NCBI GenBank assembly: GCA_963719515.1
Contig: CAVRCJ010000006.1
Span: 160,001 to 224,000, forward strand
Source of the DNA: an uncultured cyanobacterium
Lineage (GTDB): Bacteria; Cyanobacteriota; Cyanobacteriia; CAKZMO01
DNA length: 64,000 bases
Direction of reading: 5' to 3'
The notes under the pieces are model-generated. The model made no database searches. It was not told where the DNA came from and saw only the letters and a list, made by a program, of their open reading frames with translations. Of this stretch, positions 30,708-40,284 are shown in pieces. How positions within the stretch are numbered: the first letter of the stretch is position 1; every line of letters begins with the position of its first letter. The translations under genes were made by a program, and so were the position numbers.

Positions 30708-31298
30708 CTAAGGATCTTCAGACTGCTGGGGGGACATCATGCGCCTAAGCCGCTCTACAACCACTCGCCCATACACCTGGGTCGGACGCATAGGGACTTT
30801 AGAGTTGGGGGGAGAAGATGTGTCTGGCGGCGCGGCCTCTGCCGCTGACTGACGCTCTTCAACGGCAGCTTTAGAGACCGTTTCTTCAACAAACGTTTCT
30901 TCAACAAACTGCTGCTGATCCGAGCGCTGCTCACCCCAGTGGCCGCCAAATTCTGGCTCACCAATAACGGTCCCAGGTTCAACAAGCTGTCCCGGCTCGA
31001 CTGACACTTTGAACAGCAGTGACGTATTTGCGCCCACGCAGGCCCCTGAGCCAACTCGGCCTTGTCCCATGATTAGAACGCCTGAACCCAGTGTAACCTG
31101 AGCAGCGAGGGATAGTACCCCACCTTGGGCATGAAGCAGCGCTCCCGAACCAATAGAGACGTTTGGCCCAACCACGAGGCGACTGTCAGAATCGGCCTGA
31201 AGAAATACGCCAGGGGCGATCGCGGCCGAGGGATGAACCTGGACATCGCCGCTAATGTAAAAGCAGGAGTCGCGTCTCAAGTTAGAAGGCACATCCAT
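30708..31298 (-). CDS. ccmN: carboxysome assembly protein CcmN
   Basis: hexapeptide repeats; C-terminal encapsulation peptide VYGRVVVERLRRMM. Confidence 0.9.
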   Translation of the reverse strand: MDVPSNLRRDSCFYISGDVQVHPSAAIAPGVFLQADSDSRLVVGPNVSIGSGALLHAQGGVLSLAAQVTLGSGVLIMGQGRVGSGACVGANTSLLFKVSVEPGQLVEPGTVIGEPEFGGHWGEQRSDQQQFVEETFVEETVSKAAVEERQSAAEAAPPDTSSPPNSKVPMRPTQVYGRVVVERLRRMMSPQQSEDP

Positions 31299-31376
31299 GA
31301 ACGAGGTGAGTTGAAGTTGGGGTGACTAGTCCTATTTGACGCAGCCGAGGGGGGCGCAGCCCACTCGACCACACAG

Positions 31377-33488
31377 CTAAGGGCGCTGGATAATAGTCTC
31401 TAGCACTCGGCGCTTCGCCTTGGGGTCTATCCCAATCAGCCGGACATACTCGCCGGTGTGCTCAGCCATACAGCCCTCCAGTTCGTTGACCACCTGCGGA
31501 AGCTGAGTGGCCTGAATGGGAGAGCAGCTCTTCCATGAGGAGGTTTGAAACCGGCGAGTGGTAGCATGCTCAGTGCCAATGCGATGGCCCTGGCGCAGGA
31601 GGTTTTTGATCTGATCGATAGTGTCTTGCTCGAGACTCTGGCTGCTCACAGAACCACTTTTGTAGGGAGCATTGTAGCCGTTCGAAGCTCCTTTCACGCC
31701 GCTCGTCGCAGTGGCCACGGGCCTCACCTGGGGTTGAGACGGCAGCGTTGAAGACCCGTCGGGACGCTGAACGATTGTTTCAAGGACCCGGCGTTTTGCC
31801 GCTGGATCAATGCCAATTAGACGGACGTACTCCCCCTGGTGCTCTGCTAAACAGCGCTCTAGGCCAGAGAACACGTCAGACTCTCGGCTGGAATCAATAG
31901 GCGGGCAGGTGTGCCAAGACGAAGTGCGAAACCGGCGCGTGTCGGCATGCTCCATCCCAATGCGGTAGCCCTGAGACAGCAACCCCCTGATCTGCTGCAC
32001 AATATCGCTGCTCAAGCCCCCCGACGCTGCTGGGGATCCTGACCCACCCGAGTATCGGGGTGCCTGCCTCGACGACTCACGGGTGGTGGCCTGTCCATTG
32101 CCAGACCAGCTCGACCCTCCCCCATAGCCAGCGGGATGCGTCATGGGCACCTGAGCGATCTCTTCTCCAGGCCGCTGAATAATCATCTCTAGCACGCGCC
32201 GCTTGGCCCGAGTATCGATGCCAATCAGCCGGACGTATTCTCCCTGGTGCTCTGCCAAGCATCGCTCTAGGCCGGAGAATACGTCGGACTCTCGGCTGGA
32301 CTCAATGGGCGGGCAGGTGTGCCAAGACGAAGTGCGGAACCGGCGCGTGTCGGCATGCTCCATGCCGACGCGGTAGCCTTGGCTGAGGAGCTGTCTGACT
32401 TGGTCAACCACCTGGGGCTTGAGCGGACCTGACTGCTCCCGATAGCCACTGCCGTTTCCGTTTTGGGAACTGGAGTATACCGGCTTCTTGACGCTCTGCG
32501 TATGGAAGGCCGTTGTTCCGGGGGTGTCTCCAGGGCGCTGGATGATCTCCTCAAACATGCGTCGCTTCGATTGAGTATCAACCCCCAAAAGACGGACGTA
32601 CTCGCCCTCATGCTCCGAGAGGCAGCGTTCTAGGGCTTTGATGACGTCACCATCGCGGTTGGACTGGCCCAAGGAGTAGCTGTGCCAGGACGAAGTCTTA
32701 AAGCGACGCTTGTCGGCGACTTCAGCGCTAACGCGATAGCCCTGAATGAGCAACCGCCGCACGTGGGAAACTACGCTGGCGTTGAGGTGAGCGGCTTGAC
32801 CTGCGTAAGTTGCAGCGGCGTTAGGTAGGGTAGTCATGGTGTGTTGTGTGGATTGATAGCTCTGTTCCAGTTCCTTGCGAATAGCCGTGATGCAGCCGAT
32901 ATCTTCAGCGCAGCGGTAGCCACGTCGCAAAGCGTCGTTGACGTCGATCATTTGATGGGCAAATTCAGCGTCGACGGACTGAACATCGGGCAGGCGCTCT
33001 GCCTGCTCTTGCCGCGTGATGATGGAGCCCGACGGCACGTATTTTCCTGCCGGAATCTCCACATCTTGAATCAGGGCATGCATCATTACGATGCAGCCGC
33101 GCCCGACTCGGGCATTAAAAATTGTTGAACGAAATCCAATAAAGCAGTCGTCCCCGATGTAGGCCGGGCCATAGATGAGACACATGTGGGTAATGGAGAT
33201 ATTCTTTCCGATCCACACAGAGTAATTTCGGCCATCGTCCCCGACCACTCGTCCCTGCTCGAGACCATGGATAACCACACCGTCTTGGACATTGCTGCTC
33301 TCGCCGATGTGAAATGGCGTCCCTTGGTCGGCGCGAACAGAGGTTCCTGGGGCTATCAAGACTTTCTCACCCACGTGAACATCTCCAACAATGTTGGAGA
33401 AGGCGTGCACGTAAGCTGACTGATGAATTGTGGGCTTCGCTAAATCCTTAGACCAAGCGGTCGGTGGAGCGGTAGAACCTTGAGCCAT
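31377..33488 (-). CDS. ccmM: carboxysome scaffold CcmM (gamma-CA-like domain + four Rubisco-SSU-like repeats)
   Basis: PPTAWS..LAKP, VVIHGLE; four E(H/V)A..RRF.TSSW....EH.GEYVRL.G.D repeats. Confidence 0.97.
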   Translation of the reverse strand: MAQGSTAPPTAWSKDLAKPTIHQSAYVHAFSNIVGDVHVGEKVLIAPGTSVRADQGTPFHIGESSNVQDGVVIHGLEQGRVVGDDGRNYSVWIGKNISITHMCLIYGPAYIGDDCFIGFRSTIFNARVGRGCIVMMHALIQDVEIPAGKYVPSGSIITRQEQAERLPDVQSVDAEFAHQMIDVNDALRRGYRCAEDIGCITAIRKELEQSYQSTQHTMTTLPNAAATYAGQAAHLNASVVSHVRRLLIQGYRVSAEVADKRRFKTSSWHSYSLGQSNRDGDVIKALERCLSEHEGEYVRLLGVDTQSKRRMFEEIIQRPGDTPGTTAFHTQSVKKPVYSSSQNGNGSGYREQSGPLKPQVVDQVRQLLSQGYRVGMEHADTRRFRTSSWHTCPPIESSRESDVFSGLERCLAEHQGEYVRLIGIDTRAKRRVLEMIIQRPGEEIAQVPMTHPAGYGGGSSWSGNGQATTRESSRQAPRYSGGSGSPAASGGLSSDIVQQIRGLLSQGYRIGMEHADTRRFRTSSWHTCPPIDSSRESDVFSGLERCLAEHQGEYVRLIGIDPAAKRRVLETIVQRPDGSSTLPSQPQVRPVATATSGVKGASNGYNAPYKSGSVSSQSLEQDTIDQIKNLLRQGHRIGTEHATTRRFQTSSWKSCSPIQATQLPQVVNELEGCMAEHTGEYVRLIGIDPKAKRRVLETIIQRP

Positions 33489-33765
33489 TGTAAATCTCTC
33501 CTGTGTAGCCTGCGATCGCGCACTGGCCGCCTGCGGTAAGCATTTTTGTAAGCACCTTGCTGTGGGTAAACAGCCAGACTTCGAGTCCTACACCATAGAG
33601 GCTACAGCCAAGATACCGCATATTGCATACGGACCCCGATTGCAACCCTGGAGACGTTAAATAAACTTTACGCATCTACTCAGCGACCGCCCTCGGAACG
33701 CGCTCAAAGCCTCAAAAGCGTCGCGACCCCTCTTAATGCTGCGGTTTCCACCACTGCACGCCAAT

Positions 33766-34068
33766 CTATCGTTCCTCCTCGCGCTTACTGTACAGGAACT
33801 GGCGATCGACGCTGATCGTGTCGATAATGCCGACCACTAGCGCGTCCAGCGGACGACGCTCCCCACTGTCAAACTGGCGGGCCGCACTTCCTCGACTCAC
33901 CAAGACCCATTCATTGACCCCAGCGCCGACGTTGTCGGCTGCTACCTCATACTCGTCTAGTTCGTTGCCGTTCTCATCTACAAACTGAACCAGGAGAAAT
34001 TTAACTCCGGTCAGACTTTGCTCTTTCTGGGTGCTCACGACAGTACCGCGAACTTTAGCAATTCGCAT
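33766..34068 (-). CDS. ccmL: carboxysome vertex pentamer CcmL
   Basis: MRIAKVRGTVVSTQK, VGAGVNEWVLVSRGSAAR and DALVVGIID. Confidence 0.97.
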   Translation of the reverse strand: MRIAKVRGTVVSTQKEQSLTGVKFLLVQFVDENGNELDEYEVAADNVGAGVNEWVLVSRGSAARQFDSGERRPLDALVVGIIDTISVDRQFLYSKREEER

Positions 34069-34335
34069 CAGGCAGTTTATCTCATAGTTGATGGACTAAC
34101 GCCGCGATTTTGTGCAAGGACAGCGCCCTAGACAACTTGCGGCAGCTACTGCTTCTAAATCGAAATAAAGTAGAGGCAATGCTGCCGTCTTTGACCGGAC
34201 GCTACTCCGAAAGAAACGCGGACCGTCAGGGGCAAGTTGGCGAATTACAGACTTGCCCTATCGACAGCGATGCCCAATACAGCAAAAGCCCATAGCGATC
34301 GCTTCCCGGCTAACGCAGTAGTTGAGGATGAGCGC

Positions 34336-34644
34336 CTAGCTTCTAAACTGCTCTACGGCCTCGGTATAGCGAATCGGCAACACGTACTCCAAGTTCTCGT
34401 GAGGCCGCGCAATAATGTGGGTCGACAGGACTTCACCCCCGTTGACGCGCTTTGCGTTTTCGATGCCAGCCGCCACAGATGCCTGAACCTCGGAGACATC
34501 ACCTCGCACGATTACCGTCACGCGGCCACTTCCAATTTTCTCGTAGCCCACCAGCGTCACCCGTGCCGCCTTCACCATGGCGTCAGCCGCCTCAACGACC
34601 GCGGGAAATCCAAGAGTTTCTACCATTCCAACTGCAATCGGCAT
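34336..34644 (-). CDS. ccmK2: carboxysome major shell hexamer CcmK2
   Basis: [29 protein letters not shown]...YTEAVEQFR; 102 aa, no K1-type tail. Confidence 0.93.
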   Translation of the reverse strand: MPIAVGMVETLGFPAVVEAADAMVKAARVTLVGYEKIGSGRVTVIVRGDVSEVQASVAAGIENAKRVNGGEVLSTHIIARPHENLEYVLPIRYTEAVEQFRS

Positions 34645-34843
34645 TAGTTATCTCCTAAAGCTTTAGATACGCAAGGTTTAGTCTGGGCGCTTGAGAAAAT
34701 TGGCAACCACTCGGCATCGTCTTACCGCATGATCTACTCAAGCACTCCCAGAGAAACGTTGCTAAAAATTACCAAGCTTAAGAATACAGGCCCGCTTCGA
34801 CGTTTGGCAATATAACTTAGAATGATTATTTCAAATCCTTCCA

Positions 34844-34858
34844 ATAAGATAATCTCAT
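34844..34858. promoter_or_regulatory. possible LysR-type (RbcR/CcmR-like) box in the ccmK2-ndhF4 divergent promoter
   Basis: ATAAG-N5-CTCAT, T-N11-A geometry in an AT-rich stretch. Confidence 0.3.
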
Positions 34859-35344
34859 ATACACCTAAAAGCCATCACCAGCTCAAATGTTTGACAGACG
34901 GTGATACATCTAATTGCTTGTTAATTATTTTTAATAATTTAGAACAGTTGATGTGGCCTCTATGCTGTACCTAGCTTTCAGAAAAGGCTAGCTCAAGATT
35001 GAATTTGCAGGGGCGCGAAAGCGATCGCTTTCGCGCCCCTGCCGATACCCCCAGTAGCGCAGAAGTAGCGCAGACTCGAAAAACTATCTAGAGTTGAGCT
35101 TCCGCCGAAGGCCTCTTCAATTATCGTCCCGTTCTCCTGGTAAGCTAAGGGGTAGCCCAGATAGACGTCACGACGGTTGCTGGCCCAATCGCCGAGACGG
35201 GGTTGAGTCTTGGACAATTGGCGTTTGGCCTTTGCGCCAAAGCTGCTCCACGCATCAAAGTTAAAGGGTGCTGGAGCCGTTAGCGCATGCTGCAACTCGC
35301 CCTTGCTGCGGCTCAAATACAGTTTTTAGGATGAAGCGATCGCG

Positions 35345-37213
35345 ATGATGCAGGCGCTGCTGCAATCAAGTTGGTGTGTTCCTCTCTATGGGTTGCTCGG
35401 CACGCTGTTGACCTTGCCCTGGTCCATTGGGCTCGTGCGCCGAACTGGCCAGCGACCCGCAGCTTACGTCAATTTGCTGACAACGGTGCTGGCGTTCATC
35501 CACGGGGCGATCGCCTTTAGCTTAGCTTGGGGGCAGCCTCCCCAGCATCTCGTGTTCCAGTGGCTCCAGGTTGCCGATCTCGATCTTCCTTTGGTAGTTG
35601 AAATCTCTGCTACCAGTCTGGGAGCAATGCAGCTCGTGGCGGGAATTAGTCTTCTGGCCCAGCTGTACGCCTTGGGCTACATGGAGAAAGATTGGTCCCT
35701 GGGTCGGTTTTTCGGGCTGATGGGCTTTTTCGAGGCGGCGCTGAGCGGCATTGCCATCAGCGACTCTTTGTTCTTGAGCTATGGCCTTCTTGAGGCTTTA
35801 ACGCTGTCCAGCTACCTCCTAGTTGGCTTTTGGTATGCCCAGCCTCTAGTCATTACCGCCGCCCGTGACGCTTTTTTGACCAAGCGCGTCGGCGACATCA
35901 TTTTGCTGATGGGCTTAGTTGCCCTATCGAGTTTTGGAGAGGGGCTGACCTTCTCAGATCTGCAGACTTGGGCGGAAACGACGCCACTGCCGGCTTCAGC
36001 GGCAGCGTTGTTAGGACTCGCCCTAATCGCTGGCCCCACCGGAAAGTGCGCTCAATTTCCGCTAAACCTATGGCTCGATGAAGCCATGGAAGGGCCCAAC
36101 CCTGCCGGAATTATGCGGAACTCGGTAGTGGTTTCGGCGGGAGCCTACGTGCTGATTAAGCTACAGCCGGTGTTCACCCTGTCGCCTATATCTGCAGACG
36201 CCTTGATCATCATCGGCAGCGTTACGGCCGTTGGAGCCTCTCTGGTGAGCGTCGCTCAAATCGACATCAAGCGCACCTTGTCCCACTCTACTAGCGCCTG
36301 GATGGGGCTAGTGTTTGTGGCTGTTGGGGTGGGTCAGGTGGATGTGGCGCTGCTGCTGCTGCTGGTACACGCCATGGCGAAAGCGCTGATGTTCATGAGC
36401 ATCGGTGCTGTTATCTTCACCACTCACAATCAAAACATGACGGAAATGGGTGGGCTGTGGTCGCGGATGCCGGCCACAACAACCGCCTTTGTCGTGGGTA
36501 GCGCCAACCTCATCGCCTTGTTTCCCTTAGGGGCGTTTTGGATTGTGCAGCGCTGGGCGAGCGGCAGCTGGATTATGCCAACCTGGCTTTTGGGGCTGCT
36601 TTTGGTTGTCAATCTGCTAACGGCCCTCAACCTGACGCGGGTGTTTCGCCTCGTGTTTTGCGGTGCGCCTCAGCCCAAAACGCGGCGAGCGCCGGAGGTG
36701 TCTTGGCCCATGGCGTTGCCCATGGTTAGCCTGACGGTTATCGTGGCGCTGTCGCCGCTGATTCCGATTCGGTGGCCGCTGCTGCTCACGCCTTCCATTC
36801 CCCTACAGATTGCAAGCTCTACTGAGGTCCACCTGTCGGTGCTGCTCATTTTGCTGTCTGGGCTGATTGGCTGCATTTTGGGAGCCACTATAGAGCTGCG
36901 GCGATTTTGGGCGCGCCCGGCAGGGGTCACGCTTCGATTTATGCAGGATCTGCTGGCGTATGATTTTTACATTGAGCGACTTTACGATAGAACCGTGATC
37001 TGGCCGGTCAGCGCGATCGCCAAGATCACCACCTGGTTTGATCGCTATGTGGTTGACGGAGCCGTCAATCTGGTGGGCGTAGTCACCGTGTTTGGCGGTC
37101 AGGCGCTCAAGTACAGCGCTTCGGGGCAGCCGCAGTCCTATGTCCTCACAATTTTGGTGGGCGTCGGCGTTTTACTGCTGGTCACCGTCGGCTGGAGCGG
37201 CTGGATTTTTTAA
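35345..37213 (+). CDS. ndhF4: NDH-1 CO2-uptake subunit F4
   Basis: NdhF-type, RRTGQRPAAY and LWLDEAMEGPNPA; precedes ndhD4-cupB. Confidence 0.9.
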   Translation: MMQALLQSSWCVPLYGLLGTLLTLPWSIGLVRRTGQRPAAYVNLLTTVLAFIHGAIAFSLAWGQPPQHLVFQWLQVADLDLPLVVEISATSLGAMQLVAGISLLAQLYALGYMEKDWSLGRFFGLMGFFEAALSGIAISDSLFLSYGLLEALTLSSYLLVGFWYAQPLVITAARDAFLTKRVGDIILLMGLVALSSFGEGLTFSDLQTWAETTPLPASAAALLGLALIAGPTGKCAQFPLNLWLDEAMEGPNPAGIMRNSVVVSAGAYVLIKLQPVFTLSPISADALIIIGSVTAVGASLVSVAQIDIKRTLSHSTSAWMGLVFVAVGVGQVDVALLLLLVHAMAKALMFMSIGAVIFTTHNQNMTEMGGLWSRMPATTTAFVVGSANLIALFPLGAFWIVQRWASGSWIMPTWLLGLLLVVNLLTALNLTRVFRLVFCGAPQPKTRRAPEVSWPMALPMVSLTVIVALSPLIPIRWPLLLTPSIPLQIASSTEVHLSVLLILLSGLIGCILGATIELRRFWARPAGVTLRFMQDLLAYDFYIERLYDRTVIWPVSAIAKITTWFDRYVVDGAVNLVGVVTVFGGQALKYSASGQPQSYVLTILVGVGVLLLVTVGWSGWIF

Positions 37214-37297
37214 GGGGATAGTGAGCCTTGTGGTTTTCAGTGATCAAGACAACCTAGGCGTCGTAGAGACACCAAACTTTTGTGGGAGCGCGCGTTG

Positions 37298-38827
37298 ATG
37301 CTGAGTGCACTAATCTGGTTACCGCTGCTGGGGGTCGTCGTGCTCAGCGTTTTGCCCAAGGCCGAGGACCAGCGATTTCGGCAGACGACGCTGGTAATAT
37401 CGACCATCATGCTGGTTTGGACGATTGTACTGGGGGCGCAGTTTGAGATAGCGCCAGGGCTGCAGTTCTCAGAAGATATCCCCTGGATCACCAGTATCGG
37501 GCTGAGCTATCAGCTCGGCCTAGATGGCCTCTCTCTGCCCCTGGTGGTGCTCAGCAATTTTTTGACGGTGATTGCCGTACTCAGCAGCGATCGCAAACTC
37601 ATCCGCCCCCGGTTCTACTACGTGATGATTTTGCTGCTCAATGTGGGGGTAACGGGGGCATTTTTGGCTCAAGACGTGCTGCTGTTTTTCCTGTTCTACG
37701 AGTTGGAGATCATTCCCCTCTACTTCTTAATCGCAATTTGGGGAGGGGCCAAGCGGGGGTACGCAGCCACTAAGTTTTTGATCTACACTGCGCTATCGGG
37801 CGTTCTTATCCTCGCCGCTTTTTTGGGATTGGCGTGGCTGACAGAGGCCACTAGCTTCAACTACACCGTACTGCGATCGCTTGCGCCTGCGGTAGGACTG
37901 AGGGCCCAGCTAGTGCTGCTGGGCAGCCTGCTTATCGGCTTCGCCATTAAGATTCCCTTCTTCCCATTTCACACCTGGCTCCCCGACGCCCACGTCGAGG
38001 CCTCTACGCCTATTTCCGTGCTGCTAGCGGGGGTACTTCTCAAACTGGGAACCTATGGCCTGCTGCGCTTCGGCCTGGGGCTATTTTTCGAGGCCTGGCT
38101 TGTTCTTGCGCCCTGGCTAGCGATTTGGGCAGCGGTGAGCGCCCTGTACGGAGCCGCCTGCGCCATCGCTCAAACCGACATGAAAAAGGTGGTCGCCTAT
38201 TCTTCTATTGCCCATATGGCCTTTGTTCTGCTAGCTACCGCAGCCACCACGCGGCTGAGCATCGTCGCTGCGGTTTTCCAAATGGTGAGCCACGGCCTGA
38301 TCTCCGCCCTACTGTTTTTGCTGGTGGGCGTGGTGTATAAGAAGACCGGCACGCGAGACGTCAACAAGCTTAAGGGGCTGCTAAACCCGGAGCGAGGGCT
38401 TCCTTTAATCGGTAGTTTGATGATTTTGGGGGTTATGGCTAGCTCCGGGTTACCAGGTCTAGTAGGGTTCATTGCCGAATTTTTGGTCTTTCGAGGGAGC
38501 TTTCCCATCTTTCCGGTTCAGACGCTGCTCTGCATGGTGGGCACTGGCCTAACGGCGGTGTATTTCCTGCTCATGGTGAACCGGGTGTTCTTCGGCAGGC
38601 TTCCCAAAGAGCTCGCCAATTTAGAGCCGGTAACCTGGGGGGAGCGAATGCCCGCGATCGCCCTAGTGGTGCTCGTGCTGGCGTTTGGCCTCAAGCCTGA
38701 CTGGATGCTGCGCTGGAGTGAGCCTGAGGCGGGCTATCTGCTTACTGGTCGGGTGGAAGCTATTTCCTCATATCGATCTCCAGCTCGCCCGTCCTTGTCG
38801 CCTGTCCGTGCGCCCGCGCTCCTGTAG
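37298..38827 (+). CDS. ndhD4: NDH-1 CO2-uptake subunit D4
   Basis: FHTWLPDAHVEASTP, AGVLLKLGTYG and GLLNPERGLP. Confidence 0.9.
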   Translation: MLSALIWLPLLGVVVLSVLPKAEDQRFRQTTLVISTIMLVWTIVLGAQFEIAPGLQFSEDIPWITSIGLSYQLGLDGLSLPLVVLSNFLTVIAVLSSDRKLIRPRFYYVMILLLNVGVTGAFLAQDVLLFFLFYELEIIPLYFLIAIWGGAKRGYAATKFLIYTALSGVLILAAFLGLAWLTEATSFNYTVLRSLAPAVGLRAQLVLLGSLLIGFAIKIPFFPFHTWLPDAHVEASTPISVLLAGVLLKLGTYGLLRFGLGLFFEAWLVLAPWLAIWAAVSALYGAACAIAQTDMKKVVAYSSIAHMAFVLLATAATTRLSIVAAVFQMVSHGLISALLFLLVGVVYKKTGTRDVNKLKGLLNPERGLPLIGSLMILGVMASSGLPGLVGFIAEFLVFRGSFPIFPVQTLLCMVGTGLTAVYFLLMVNRVFFGRLPKELANLEPVTWGERMPAIALVVLVLAFGLKPDWMLRWSEPEAGYLLTGRVEAISSYRSPARPSLSPVRAPALL

Positions 38828-38894
38828 GCCTCTACAATAGAGCAGGAGTGTCCCGCAGGGTTCCGTCCATTAGCCGTCATCAGTTATCCACGCC

Positions 38895-40046
38895 ATGGTT
38901 ACCGTCAAGCCATTCTCAAACCCACCCTCAAATCCCTACATCCGTCGACTGGAAGAGGGGGGAGCTTTACTCAGCGACTCTGCGCTCCACCTTGTAGAAG
39001 TGGTGGATATTCTTAAAAGCTATGGCATGGTGCTAGACGCCTATTCCAAAAACTTAATCTACACGGGCGAAACCCAATTCCTCGTCTTTTTTCCGTTTTT
39101 TAAGTACTTCAACGGCGACGTTTCAATTGCTAAGCTCTTCCGGCACTGGCGGCATGATCGCCTCAACTACGAGTATGCAGAGTACTGCGGTAAGTCGATG
39201 TACTGGCACGGCGGCGGCGGATTGGCCGAGTACGTCGATGGACTGACGTTCAAGCCCCGAGTCGAACCCATTATCCAAAACAAGTTTAGGCATAACCCCC
39301 TGGTGCAGGCGCTGCACCGGATATTTCCGGAGTTTCTGCCTGAGCAAATGCGCCTGATGGCTTACTTTCACGGGCTAGGGCAATTTTGGCGGGTAATGAG
39401 CGACATGTTTTTGGAGCTATTCGAGCGCTATCAGCGCGGCGAAATTACCGCTATTCCCGATGTGGTTGACCATATCCGCGATGGGCTGGTGGCGGCGGCC
39501 AGCAACCCGGTGACCTACAGCGTGACGGTGGGCGATGGTCCTTCAGGACCGGCCGCAGGCCATCGCACCTACGACGTCATTCCCAAGTCAGCGGGTCTGA
39601 CCTTTTTGGCAGACCTAGCGGTTCCCTACGTTGAGGCGATCTTTTTTAGAGGCACGCCGTTCCCCGGCACCGTTTCGTACAACGCTCAGGCCTATCAGAT
39701 TCCTCTATACAAGCAGGACTTTGCCTACGGAGCGCTTTACGCCGATCCGCTGCCTATTGGCGGCTCCGGCATCCCACCCACCCAGCTCATGCAGGATATG
39801 CGTCACTTTCTGCCTGAAGACTTGCTCGAAGTCTACCGCAAGGGCACTCGCGGGGAAGACGACCTAAAAGTCAAGATTTGCGAGACATTTCAAAAATCGA
39901 TGTTTTGCGTCACCACCGCCGCGATTCAGGGGCTAGCACCCTTTCCCCTGACCACTCAAGACCCTGCTGAGCAGGAGAAAAATCGCGTCTATCTGCAGGG
40001 TTGGCTGAGCCGACTTCAACCTTCTCGGCTAGAAGACGTACAGTAA
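38895..40046 (+). CDS. cupB: CO2 hydration protein CupB (ChpX)
   Basis: HDRLNYEYAEYC, FFRGTPFPGTVSYNAQA and GIPPTQLMQDMRHF; 383 aa, the shorter CupB type. Confidence 0.9.
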   Translation: MVTVKPFSNPPSNPYIRRLEEGGALLSDSALHLVEVVDILKSYGMVLDAYSKNLIYTGETQFLVFFPFFKYFNGDVSIAKLFRHWRHDRLNYEYAEYCGKSMYWHGGGGLAEYVDGLTFKPRVEPIIQNKFRHNPLVQALHRIFPEFLPEQMRLMAYFHGLGQFWRVMSDMFLELFERYQRGEITAIPDVVDHIRDGLVAAASNPVTYSVTVGDGPSGPAAGHRTYDVIPKSAGLTFLADLAVPYVEAIFFRGTPFPGTVSYNAQAYQIPLYKQDFAYGALYADPLPIGGSGIPPTQLMQDMRHFLPEDLLEVYRKGTRGEDDLKVKICETFQKSMFCVTTAAIQGLAPFPLTTQDPAEQEKNRVYLQGWLSRLQPSRLEDVQ

Positions 40047-40284
40047 TCGGCGTCAGCGTCAGCCCCTAGGTGCGTGACTTTTGGTCGCTGGCGATCTGCC
40101 GCGACAGATAGACCTGCTAAAGTAATGACAGAACTGCTTCCCAGCGCAGCGATACAGTTGCTCTATATAGTTTGACGCCTTTGCCCTGCTAGCATCTGAC
40201 CTACCCATGGTCTAGCGGTGAATCGTAGCGTCAAACCCTTTTTAGGAGTCTTGCTGATATTGCCGACTTTTGAACACGGACGCT

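Noticed and set aside
34069..34335. ccmK1 remnant in the ccmK2-ccmL gap
   Set aside because: No BMC-like translation visible; single-ccmK operons are known.
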